Of a stretch of 64,000 nucleotides of DNA, positions 20,021 to 29,276 are shown piece after piece. A model generated the notes under the pieces. The model saw only the letters and a program-made list of their open reading frames with translations, was not told the DNA's origin and did not search any database. Origin of the DNA: Candidatus Zhuqueibacterota bacterium (lineage in GTDB: Bacteria; SM23-31); NCBI GenBank assembly GCA_042564455.1, contig JBHPLC010000003.1, positions 8,394 through 72,393 of the forward strand. Direction: 5' to 3'. The stretch's first letter is position 1. Each line of letters opens with the position of its first letter. A program made the position numbers and the translations under genes.

Positions 20021-20953
20021 TTAAGCATTTATAAGAATTTCATCTTCATGTAATTTTGTACCTGTCTGAATCTCCATAAAGTAAATATAAGCATCTTCCA
20101 GGTTAGGTTCAGCAGGAACTGCCGAAAACCCGTTGACTTCATCAGATACCACCCTGACTTCAACACATTCCGGCTGCATGATCATGGACAAGACACTGAC
20201 ATTTTCCTTCAGCAATCCCAGTTCATCGTGTCCTATCTTTAGTATCCATGTTTTTCCCCGGGCGTTATCTATCAGATTAGCCGGTTTATCATGATAGACT
20301 ATTTCACCTTCGTGCAGAATTGCCAGGTCATTACAAGTACTTGATATATCATTAACAATATGTGTAGATAAAACAATAGTGACATGGCCGCTTAATTCCG
20401 ACAGCAGATTCCTGAACCTGATCCTCTCTTCCGGATCGAGACCTGTAGTCGGTTCATCAACGATCAGAAGCTTTGGAGAATTTACCAGAGCCTGTGCGAT
20501 CCCGAGCCTGCGCACCATTCCTCCTGAGAACGTCTTTACTTTTCTGTCCTTCAAATCCTGCAGATTAGTCAGGGACATTATCCAGTCGACGACTTTTTTC
20601 CTGTGCTTTTTATCTTTCATCCCGTTGAGTTTTGCAATATAATGGAGAAATTCCTGCGCATACAATGTCGGGAAAACCCCGAATTCCTGCGGCAGGTATC
20701 CTAACGAACGCCTGATTTTCTCCCGATCCTTTGAGAAATCATGGCCAAAAACAGATATTTTACCTGATGTAGGCATTGACAGTGTTGCCAGTATCTTCAT
20801 CAATGTAGTTTTCCCTGCCCCATTTGGTCCCAACAGACCAAACATACCATTCTCTATCGACAGTGAAATATCTTTAAGTGCGGCAAATTTAGATTTCCCT
20901 TTGCCGTAGACTTTCCATATGTTATTTATTTCAATGGTACTGTTCATAGTCAA
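20021..20953 (-). CDS. ABC transporter ATP-binding protein (ABC-2 subfamily)
   Basis: GPNGAGKTT, FSGGMVRRLGIAQAL, LIVDEPTTGLD, H-loop LSTH. 13-nt gap to the permease-fusion gene. Confidence 0.85.
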   Translation of the reverse strand: MTMNSTIEINNIWKVYGKGKSKFAALKDISLSIENGMFGLLGPNGAGKTTLMKILATLSMPTSGKISVFGHDFSKDREKIRRSLGYLPQEFGVFPTLYAQEFLHYIAKLNGMKDKKHRKKVVDWIMSLTNLQDLKDRKVKTFSGGMVRRLGIAQALVNSPKLLIVDEPTTGLDPEERIRFRNLLSELSGHVTIVLSTHIVNDISSTCNDLAILHEGEIVYHDKPANLIDNARGKTWILKIGHDELGLLKENVSVLSMIMQPECVEVRVVSDEVNGFSAVPAEPNLEDAYIYFMEIQTGTKLHEDEILINA

Positions 20954-21065
20954 TATTATTATAAGATATTATTTGTTTTAGGTTTACGGTATTAAAAAAC
21001 CAATGTTTCGAATTACATAAAAATGATCATTTCTGATAATATTATGTTAAGTCGCGGAAAGGATA

Positions 21066-22031
21066 TTATGGAAGAATTTCCACTTTTAATAATGTACCGT
21101 TACGACCACCTACCATACCTGTTTCATAATTTATAAAGAAAACGGAAATATAATCTTCTAAAATTCCGGTTTCAAGCTTATACCAGCTGCTTCCTCCATC
21201 AGTAGTATAAAGAAATAATCCATTATTGCCGACCGCCCAGCCTTTTGTATTATCAATAAAGAAAACATCATTAATTTTCAAATCACTGATACTGGATAAT
21301 TCATCCCAGGTCTTCCCTGAATTTCCTGTCTTCCAGATACCGTTTTCTTTACCGACCGCCCAGCCGAGATCTTTATCTAAGAAAAATAATCTAACATAAG
21401 CAGGCTTTATTTCAGAATCGCTTTCTATCCAGTTCAATCCCCTGTCATTTGTAAACAGAACTTTATCTTCCACAAGCAAAATACCATAATTATTACCCGG
21501 AAAACAGATATCATGCAAGACTTTTTTTGTGACAAATCCCTCTTTCCAGGTAATTCCCGCATCATCAGTATATATAACAGCATTATTATTATCCGTCATG
21601 CTGTTCCCTAAAATAAAACCGGAATTATTATCTGAAAATTCTATAGACTTCAGGTCAAGATTATCTTCAGATACAACAGATGAACTCCAGGATCTCCCGT
21701 CGTTATCAGATCTTAGAGTCCTGCTTTCGTCACATGTAACAAAAATACTATTATCAAAATATTCAATTCTGTTCAGTTTAGTACCGTCAGGCTGTCTGGT
21801 CCTTTCCCATATATCACCCATGTCTCCGGTAATATATATTGAACCCATACTTCCGATAATAATGATGGAACTGTCATTATAAGCACAGATATCACAGAAA
21901 TCTTCATCAGAAACCAGATCAATTTTCCAGAAACTATAATCTGTAGATTCTTTATTGAATTTACAGTAAAAACAATAAGCAATCAGAATAGTAAATACAC
22001 CTAAAAGAATATGTTTAAAACTTGATCTCAG
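21066..22031 (-). CDS. BNR/Asp-box beta-propeller protein (Ycf48-like), probable signal peptide and CTG start
   Basis: Asp-box motifs TGNSGKTW, TTDGGSSW, DDAGITW. The ATG-only ORF starts at 21848, but the frame stays open upstream. That extension encodes a signal-peptide-like segment (RSSFKHILLGVFTILIAY) and is preceded by AGGAGA 7 nt before an in-frame CTG at 22031. Confidence 0.5.
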   Translation of the reverse strand: MRSSFKHILLGVFTILIAYCFYCKFNKESTDYSFWKIDLVSDEDFCDICAYNDSSIIIIGSMGSIYITGDMGDIWERTRQPDGTKLNRIEYFDNSIFVTCDESRTLRSDNDGRSWSSSVVSEDNLDLKSIEFSDNNSGFILGNSMTDNNNAVIYTDDAGITWKEGFVTKKVLHDICFPGNNYGILLVEDKVLFTNDRGLNWIESDSEIKPAYVRLFFLDKDLGWAVGKENGIWKTGNSGKTWDELSSISDLKINDVFFIDNTKGWAVGNNGLFLYTTDGGSSWYKLETGILEDYISVFFINYETGMVGGRNGTLLKVEILP

Positions 22032-22400
22032 TTTATTTCTCCTGCTTAATATAAAGACGTATAAATTGCGATTTATATTTCACTTACTTTTTTATTTAAA
22101 GTTCCTGACGACATCTTGCCATAGTATATATTGGGAAAAAATAGATAATTATGATCAATTTGAACATTAAGATGTTAATGTACCAACCTTTTACCAAATA
22201 AACTCTTGACATAAATAATATACATTTGTATATTATTAATATACTTAAGTATACTATTGTGCATTATATAATTTCATCGGTTTATATATAAACCAGAATA
22301 TTAAGAGTATCTTATTAACATTTAATCCACATAATTATCAACATGTTGTGGATAACAAATATATAAACAACAACATATTGGATATTTTTCGATTTTTCTC

Positions 22401-22429
22401 TTGACAATTGGCTGTGTTTAGAATATATT
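22401..22429 (+). promoter_or_regulatory. sigma70-type promoter TTGACA-N17-TATATT upstream of nrdJ
   Basis: Exact -35 consensus at 22401-22406, a 17-nt spacer, -10 TATATT at 22424-22429. SD AGGAGA 8 nt before the nrdJ ATG. Confidence 0.55.
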
Positions 22430-22493
22430 GTAATGCCCCGTTAATATGTAGATTTATCCTCCCAAAAAACAGTGAAAATTAGGAGAGTTTATT

Positions 22494-25004
22494 ATGCCCA
22501 AAGATTCTGATGAAAACATGATTCAATTTGATTCAGATGAGAAAGAAACTACAAAAAAACCACGAGCACGGAAGAAGAAAAATGATCAGACTCCGGGACC
22601 GGTTAGAGAGATACTTGAAATTTCTAAAAAATCAACTAAATCAACAGATATAGAAGCAAATGATAATAATATAATTTCTGATGAGCCTGTTCCTAAGGTT
22701 CTGGAACTTACGGAAAACTCCAAAAAAGTATTAGAAAAGAGATATTTATTAAAGGATGATACAGGGGAAATCATTGAAACTCATGAGGAAATGTTCAGAA
22801 GAGTTGCAAAATGCGCTGCAGAAGCTGAAAAAGAATATGATCCGGATTATAATGCAAAGAACCTTGAAGATAAATTCTACGGAATGATCGCAAGGCTGGA
22901 GTTCATGCCAAACTCACCTACTCTGATGAATGCAGGGAAAGACCAGGGACAGCTTTCAGCCTGTTTTGTTTTGCCGGTTGAAGATTCCATGGAAGGCATT
23001 TTTGATTCCATAAAAAATGCTGCTTTGATCCACAAGACCGGCGGCGGTACCGGTTTTGCATTTTCCAGATTGCGCCCTAAGAATGATGTAGTGCTGTCAA
23101 CTCACGGAGTTGCCAGCGGCCCGGTATCATTTATGAGAGTATTTGATTCTGCCACAGAGGCTGTAAAACAGGGTGGTACCAGAAGAGGTGCAAACATGGG
23201 GATATTAAGGATAGACCATCCGGATATCCTTGAGTTCATTACCTGTAAGTTTGACAATAACAGAGTTAATAATTTTAATATTTCTGTTGCACTCACGGAA
23301 GACTTTATGGATAAAGTCGAAAATGACGGAGAGTATGATCTGATCAGTCCCAGAAGCAAGAAAGTGATCAATACATTAAGTGCAGGCAGGATTTTCGATC
23401 TTATAGTAAATATGGCCTGGAAGAATGGTGATCCGGGGATAATCTTTCTTGACAGGATCAATAAGGACAATCCCACTCCGGAAGTTGGAGAAATAGAAAG
23501 CACAAATCCATGCGGGGAACAACCTCTTCTGCCTTTTGAAGCATGTAATCTTGGTTCTTTAAATCTCCATAAAATGCTGCAGAGAAAAAACGGCAAATGC
23601 AAAATAGACTATGACAAACTGAGAAAAACAGTCCATAACTGTATCCATTTTCTTGATAATATTATAGATGCCAATTATTACCCGTTACCAGAGATTGATA
23701 CAATGGTGAAAGAAAACAGAAAAATTGGTCTCGGGATCATGGGATTTGCCGATATGCTGATCGAACTTGAGATACCTTACGACTCAAAAGAGGCTTTGGA
23801 GATCGGTGAAGAAGTAATGAGCTTTATCAATAAAGAGTCAAAAGTAAAATCCATGGAGCTTGCTCAGAAAAAAGGAGCATTCCCTAACTTTGAGAATTCA
23901 ATCTATGGTAAAACAGGTCTTCCTCAAATAAGAAATGCTACAAATACTACAATAGCGCCGACCGGTACAATAAGCATTATATCCAACTGTTCGAGCGGAA
24001 TAGAACCGATTTTTGCAGTATCATATTACAGAAATGTTATGGATAACGAAATCTTAGTGGAAGTAAATCCGTTGTTTGAAAGAATAGCAAAAGAATGCGG
24101 TTTTTACAGTGAAGAGCTAATGAAGAAAATCGCAGAACACGGTACAGTTCAGGATATTGAAGAGGTGCCTGAAGAAATAAGGAAATTATTTGTTACTGCT
24201 CATGATATTTCTCCTGAAGCTCATATTAGAATGCAGGCTGCATTCCAGAAACACTGCGATAACGCTGTTTCGAAAACCGTTAATTTTTCTAATGATTGCA
24301 CAGCGGATGACATCTCAAAAGTATATAAATTGGCATACGAATTGGGATGTAAGGGGGTCACGGTTTACCGGGACCGCTGCAGAGAAACACAGGTTTTAAA
24401 TATAGCACATAAAGAGGAAGAAAAACCAATTGAGGTTGAATCAGGTAAGACTTTTGATCGCCAGGAGACTGTCAGAGATGAAGAGTCAAAAATTATTCCC
24501 CGTAAGAGGGGAAAGATCACCTATGGGGCAACTGAGAAAATTGTGACCAGCGATGGTACACTTTATGTCACTATCAATCAGGATGAATTCGGTTTATGCG
24601 AGGTATTTACTAATATTGGCAAACATGGAAGTGACGCCGCGGCATGGTCGGAGGCTGTAGGTAGATTGATCTCATTATGTCTGCGTTCAGGGGTTTCATT
24701 GAGATCGATCGTTAAACAGCTGCGCGGTATTACCAGCAGACCCATCTGGCAGGATGGAATTCAAATCTTATCGGTACCCGATGCCATCGGAAGAGCTCTT
24801 TCAAGATATGTAAATGATGAAGGAATAGAAATTAAGATCCCGATCTCTACCGGCCAGAATGCAGCGCAGGAAGTTTTGGAAGAGCACTCATTTACTATTG
24901 ATCAAAAAACAGAATTTTCCTCCTGTCCGGATTGCGGAAGCCCTGTAGAACATGAAGGTGGATGTATGGTTTGCAGAAGTTGCGGTTTTTCCAGATGCGG
25001 TTAA
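22494..25004 (+). CDS. nrdJ: ribonucleotide reductase, class II (adenosylcobalamin-dependent), monomeric type
   Basis: 836 aa. The ten-stranded RNR barrel active-site blocks are recognisable (finger-loop Cys region NPCGEQPL, SNCSSGIEP). C-terminal CxxC...CxxC zinc ribbon (CPDCG...CMVCRSCG), typical of NrdJ. Confidence 0.8.
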   Translation: MPKDSDENMIQFDSDEKETTKKPRARKKKNDQTPGPVREILEISKKSTKSTDIEANDNNIISDEPVPKVLELTENSKKVLEKRYLLKDDTGEIIETHEEMFRRVAKCAAEAEKEYDPDYNAKNLEDKFYGMIARLEFMPNSPTLMNAGKDQGQLSACFVLPVEDSMEGIFDSIKNAALIHKTGGGTGFAFSRLRPKNDVVLSTHGVASGPVSFMRVFDSATEAVKQGGTRRGANMGILRIDHPDILEFITCKFDNNRVNNFNISVALTEDFMDKVENDGEYDLISPRSKKVINTLSAGRIFDLIVNMAWKNGDPGIIFLDRINKDNPTPEVGEIESTNPCGEQPLLPFEACNLGSLNLHKMLQRKNGKCKIDYDKLRKTVHNCIHFLDNIIDANYYPLPEIDTMVKENRKIGLGIMGFADMLIELEIPYDSKEALEIGEEVMSFINKESKVKSMELAQKKGAFPNFENSIYGKTGLPQIRNATNTTIAPTGTISIISNCSSGIEPIFAVSYYRNVMDNEILVEVNPLFERIAKECGFYSEELMKKIAEHGTVQDIEEVPEEIRKLFVTAHDISPEAHIRMQAAFQKHCDNAVSKTVNFSNDCTADDISKVYKLAYELGCKGVTVYRDRCRETQVLNIAHKEEEKPIEVESGKTFDRQETVRDEESKIIPRKRGKITYGATEKIVTSDGTLYVTINQDEFGLCEVFTNIGKHGSDAAAWSEAVGRLISLCLRSGVSLRSIVKQLRGITSRPIWQDGIQILSVPDAIGRALSRYVNDEGIEIKIPISTGQNAAQEVLEEHSFTIDQKTEFSSCPDCGSPVEHEGGCMVCRSCGFSRCG

Positions 25005-25020
25005 AAAAAGTTTTACCGAA

Positions 25021-25050
25021 AAACCCTTCCAGAAATGGAAGGGTTTTTTT
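25021..25050. terminator. bidirectional Rho-independent terminator shared by convergent nrdJ and hydrolase genes
   Basis: aaaCCCTTCCagaaatGGAAGGGttttttt, with an A/T-rich tract on the other side for the minus-strand gene. Confidence 0.75.
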
Positions 25051-25055
25051 ATACT

Positions 25056-26588
25056 CTATTTTCTGACAGCTCTTTTATGATTATTAAAGAACTCTACAAT
25101 CTCATCAAGATACGGTACAACAATATTCATATGATTTCCCCCTTTTATCTCATAATATTCAACCTCAATACCTAATCTTTTGGCTGTTTCAACCATTTGT
25201 CTTGAGCTTTCAACGGATACTGTTGGATCTGCATCACCATGAACTACTATCTCCGGAACATGCAGGATATTATTCAATATTAATGGAGATCCCCCTCCTG
25301 CGATCGGTGCTATGGCAGCAAACATTTCCGGTTTCTCCGATGCCAGATACCAAGAACCGTAACCTCCCATTGAATGACCCATCAGATACATTCTATCCTG
25401 ATCTACATTATAATCCTTTAACACCCGGTCTATTACATAAAATACATCATTCTGACCATAACCGTCATATGGTTTTGGCCTACTCCCAAAAGACACACCA
25501 TAAAAACCGTCTTTTCTATATCCTAAAGGCCCCACAACAATATATCCATGTTCTTCCGCCAGTTCAATTAACCTGCCCCCGTATGACGTAAAAAAACTGC
25601 TTTCATCAGCACCCAATCCATGCAATGCAACAATTACAGGATACTGTTTATTATCATCATAATCGGAAGGAACAAACACACGGTATGGCAGCAGTTCACC
25701 CGTCTCCGGAAAAACATAAGCCAGTTGGAAATTTCCTGATCGTCCCTTAACAGGATTTCTTCCTTCTAAAATGCTTTCCAGAAGATCCAATGTATTTTCC
25801 ATTTTGTCATTGATATTAATAGGTCTTCTGTCCGGGGCTTTATCCAATAATTGCAGCGTATAATTTGCTGTCGGCAGTAAATCTATCAGATCTTCTCTTT
25901 TTCCAATCCACATTTTATCTGCCCTGGAGATTAAATTTTCAAGTTTAGTTATTTTTGAATCAAGACCAGGGATTAATGTTAGAAAAACTGACTTTCGTGT
26001 GATCTCATTGCCATCAGAATCAATAAAAACCGATCTTAACTCAAAATAGCCATTAACAAAATTTGCGAAACTTAAAGTAATATCTGATGGTTCATCCGTA
26101 AAAACCGGAGGTAGATCTACATCACTCTGACTAAAATTCATTTTTTCTTCATTTCTTCCCGTCCTCTTGAACAGGGATATAACTACCTTTGCCTGACCTC
26201 CAAGTTTCAGATCGGGTTCGGTTTTCTGAGAAAATAAAAGCTTTGTACTGTTAATGGGATCGATATAGTACCTTTCAGGTGTTACTTTTATTGAGTATTC
26301 AAATGCTTTTTCTTTTGTCCAATTGCCTCCCCTTACCAAAAATGTACCTTTCTGATACAGAAACTCTGCTTTTGCCAGATCATTTTCAGATACTGCCTGT
26401 ACAGCTTCCTTTTCCAGCTCTTCCAGAGTAGATTTTAAAGCCCCTTCTGGAGGATTCTGAGTTTTAGCAGTATTATAAGATACTCTTATAAGTGAAAGGT
26501 TGTCCTGAGCATGAATTACCGAAGAAAAAATAAATACAAAAAGGACACAAAGAACAATTGTAAATTTTCTCATATTCTTCATCCTCAT
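25056..26588 (-). CDS. secreted alpha/beta-hydrolase (esterase/peptidase, dienelactone-hydrolase/PHB-depolymerase-like C-domain)
   Basis: Signal peptide. C-terminal about 220 aa with the nucleophile elbow GHSMGG, plus downstream Asp/His consistent with an alpha/beta-hydrolase triad. The N-terminal about 280 aa is unassigned. Confidence 0.6.
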   Translation of the reverse strand: MRMKNMRKFTIVLCVLFVFIFSSVIHAQDNLSLIRVSYNTAKTQNPPEGALKSTLEELEKEAVQAVSENDLAKAEFLYQKGTFLVRGGNWTKEKAFEYSIKVTPERYYIDPINSTKLLFSQKTEPDLKLGGQAKVVISLFKRTGRNEEKMNFSQSDVDLPPVFTDEPSDITLSFANFVNGYFELRSVFIDSDGNEITRKSVFLTLIPGLDSKITKLENLISRADKMWIGKREDLIDLLPTANYTLQLLDKAPDRRPININDKMENTLDLLESILEGRNPVKGRSGNFQLAYVFPETGELLPYRVFVPSDYDDNKQYPVIVALHGLGADESSFFTSYGGRLIELAEEHGYIVVGPLGYRKDGFYGVSFGSRPKPYDGYGQNDVFYVIDRVLKDYNVDQDRMYLMGHSMGGYGSWYLASEKPEMFAAIAPIAGGGSPLILNNILHVPEIVVHGDADPTVSVESSRQMVETAKRLGIEVEYYEIKGGNHMNIVVPYLDEIVEFFNNHKRAVRK

Positions 26589-26600
26589 ATTTAATATTTA

Positions 26601-27188
26601 TCAAAAAACTGCGGAAGTATCAACAATTACTGTTGTTGTGTCAGCATATAAAAGAGAATCATCAAGAAGAATTTTTGGAACGGATGCAAATGGAGAGACA
26701 TTAGTCTGAACAATCCAGGAATTAGGATATTGTCTTTTGAGGTTACTTTCCATATATGCTTCTGCATCCTCGCGGTTTATAAAGTTTCCTACACGTATTT
26801 TAAAATACGGTGCATCCAGTATCTTATAAACAGGCTGGTCCATAACTGTTGTGATAGCATTCATGTATGCTTCTTCCGCTACACCTGACAGTGGAGACAT
26901 AAATATCTGAATCCTGAATCCGGGAGCAGTTATGGTACTGTCATAGAGGGCGCTGTCATATGTTTCATATATATTAAATGCCTTTATTTCGCTGGTTATA
27001 ACTTTCTTATAATCCTCGAAAGAAGGCTTTGAAATAATGAAAGTATCAGGAAAGATATTTGGATTAAATAATTCCCGGTTTGCAAGTTCATCTTCTGTGG
27101 GACCCGTGTTGACAGCTTCCTGTTTCATTTTTCCGGAACCGCTGCAGAAAACCAATAGAGGTATAATTATTATTAGAACGATCTTCAT
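26601..27188 (-). CDS. lipoprotein with probable SPOR domain
   Basis: Lipobox LVFCSG. FRIQIF...AEEAYMNAI...YFKIRVGNFINREDAEAYMESNLKRQYPNSWIV resembles the SPOR fold pattern. Confidence 0.4.
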   Translation of the reverse strand: MKIVLIIIIPLLVFCSGSGKMKQEAVNTGPTEDELANRELFNPNIFPDTFIISKPSFEDYKKVITSEIKAFNIYETYDSALYDSTITAPGFRIQIFMSPLSGVAEEAYMNAITTVMDQPVYKILDAPYFKIRVGNFINREDAEAYMESNLKRQYPNSWIVQTNVSPFASVPKILLDDSLLYADTTTVIVDTSAVF

Positions 27189-27305
27189 AAGACTTAAATT
27201 TTTTCTGAATTTTTAATGTAATAATTTCACTGATGAACTGCAACCTGTAAATACAATAAATGCCGAACAGAATTGAAACGCTTCAACCAGTCAATTTGTT
27301 TCAAA

Positions 27306-28385
27306 TTAATACGAAGAAAATAGTTTCCCCCATTTTGTATCTTTAAACTTTCTTACTATTTTCTTCCCCTTTACCGGATACCAATAATAATCATGATAAA
27401 ATGATGAAGCAAATACAAACAAGTATACCAGAGGTGTATGAAAAAACAGCTTTTGCAATATCTTTATCGGGCTGAACCAGAGAACATCCCCTACCATTGA
27501 TGCCAGGTTGTCACCAACAGAAAATTTAAAATTTACATTTGAGATATCCTCTCCGACAATCTCGATGTCTCTTGGATCACCTACTCCAAGTCCTGCTTCA
27601 TGAGCTAAATTAATGTATTTGATCTTCATTGGATTAAATCCCATCATCTTAGCAGCAACCGCATCTATTGCCACCTGATCAGCTCCGGCAAGCATATAGT
27701 CTTTTTCGACCGGCACTAATGTTCTTGGGCCCGGGCCGTTCCCGCAGATTGTACCATCCATTATTGCAAAGATACCACTGTGAATTTCTTTTTGAATATG
27801 AAGAAGGTCAACAAGTGTTTCATGGATAACGCTGTGAGTATAATGCCTTTTAGTATTCAGCAGACCACCAAAAGCATTCTTCATAGCTCCTGTGGTTGTT
27901 GTATATATGTGAGTCTTCACTGTCGGTAAATGAATGATATTTTTCCCAATAAAATACTCAGGGATCCTTATGCCTTCCGGGAATATCTTATCCAGTACCA
28001 GCATTTTTGATTGCGGTTTGTAGATCTCCCACGTAATATCCTCTTTTTTAAAATTGTACAACCTGGGAATATCATATTTATCAAAAACCGGATTGAATTT
28101 ATTAAGCTTTTCACCTTTAGGAGAATCTGTTACGACCGTCTCATTCTCTACGGCGACAATATCATCTATACCAATATTCTTAAGCCTTTTTATGGTACCT
28201 TCCAACTGCCACGGGGTGGTGTTTGCAGAAGGGTAGAATAAATGCCAGGATATATTTGTCTTTAATATTGTCTTAGAATCTTTTTTCAGGAATTCCTTGT
28301 CCCCGGCAAGGTCACATAATTTATCAATATCCTGTAAAACAGTTTCAGGTTTTGTTTTAATCACCGCTACTTTTGATCTTTGCAT
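27306..28385 (-). CDS. DUF362-family protein
   Basis: General similarity of length and blocks (LKTNISWH..., TGAMKNAFGGLLNTKRHYTH, IMDGTICGNGPGP) to DUF362 proteins. From memory only. Confidence 0.4.
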   Translation of the reverse strand: MQRSKVAVIKTKPETVLQDIDKLCDLAGDKEFLKKDSKTILKTNISWHLFYPSANTTPWQLEGTIKRLKNIGIDDIVAVENETVVTDSPKGEKLNKFNPVFDKYDIPRLYNFKKEDITWEIYKPQSKMLVLDKIFPEGIRIPEYFIGKNIIHLPTVKTHIYTTTTGAMKNAFGGLLNTKRHYTHSVIHETLVDLLHIQKEIHSGIFAIMDGTICGNGPGPRTLVPVEKDYMLAGADQVAIDAVAAKMMGFNPMKIKYINLAHEAGLGVGDPRDIEIVGEDISNVNFKFSVGDNLASMVGDVLWFSPIKILQKLFFHTPLVYLFVFASSFYHDYYWYPVKGKKIVRKFKDTKWGKLFSSY

Positions 28386-28405
28386 AGTATTTCTTTATAT
28401 AATTC

Positions 28406-29269
28406 TCAGTAAATAATGATAATTATTGTTATAAAATATAGAAATATATTTATCAGTGTGTGTCTATCTTTCAGCAGAACCAATTCCGGACTTTCCACAA
28501 GATCTGTTTTCCTTATTAAATAAAGGTATCTGAATATACCGTATATAACAAACGGAATTGTAAATATCAGGTTTCTTGTGCCGAATTTTTCAATTGTTAA
28601 TGAATCTACGGTATAAAGTGTGTAGCCTATCAATGCACAGGACGCTGAGATACCTATCAGCTGGAATAACAGATCAGGACTGTAATCTTTCAGGTTTTTC
28701 CGTGTAATACCTTCTCCGTTGACAGATCTGTGAAGTTCATTCAACCTCTTGCACAAAGCCAAAAATAAAGACAGAAATATTGTACATACAAGCAGCCAGT
28801 TTGAGATCTCAACATTAATAATTATTGTTCCTGCTATTGCCCTGATAACAAAACCGGTAGAAATTATCAATACATCAAGTATAACTATATGCTTCAGTTT
28901 TATTGAATACGAAAGTGACAGAATTACATAAAACAGGCTTATCAGACCAAAACTATTACTTTTGAAAAATGCTGCTGCAAGTCCTGCAGAGATCAGCACT
29001 AACGCATATATAAGAGCAGAGACAGGTTTTATTTCACCTTTTGCAAGGGGCCTTGCAGATTTTTTGGGATGTTTCCGGTCAAAATCAAGATCAAGGAGAT
29101 CATTAATAATATAACCGCCGCTTGACAGCATACAGAATATCGTGAATCCGAATAATGATGTCAAACTGTAATCAAGTATTAAAAAGTTTTTCGAAAATAC
29201 CAGACCGGCAAAAAGAAGTATATTCTTGGTCCATTGATTCGGTCTTAATATTTTTACATAAGCATTCAT
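28406..29269 (-). CDS. UbiA-family prenyl/phosphoribosyl transferase (decaprenyl-phosphate phosphoribosyltransferase-like)
   Basis: About 9 TM helices. N-terminal RPNQWTKN and Asp-rich NDLLDLDFDRKHPKK..RPLAKGEI motifs characteristic of the UbiA/DPPR subgroup. Confidence 0.65.
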   Translation of the reverse strand: MNAYVKILRPNQWTKNILLFAGLVFSKNFLILDYSLTSLFGFTIFCMLSSGGYIINDLLDLDFDRKHPKKSARPLAKGEIKPVSALIYALVLISAGLAAAFFKSNSFGLISLFYVILSLSYSIKLKHIVILDVLIISTGFVIRAIAGTIIINVEISNWLLVCTIFLSLFLALCKRLNELHRSVNGEGITRKNLKDYSPDLLFQLIGISASCALIGYTLYTVDSLTIEKFGTRNLIFTIPFVIYGIFRYLYLIRKTDLVESPELVLLKDRHTLINIFLYFITIIIIIY

Positions 29270-29276
29270 ATTGATC

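Noticed and set aside
22326-22341. Exact NrdR box upstream of nrdJ
   Set aside because: The palindromes present do not align convincingly to the 16-bp NrdR consensus (acacwAtATaTwgtgt). Reported only as a generic candidate operator.
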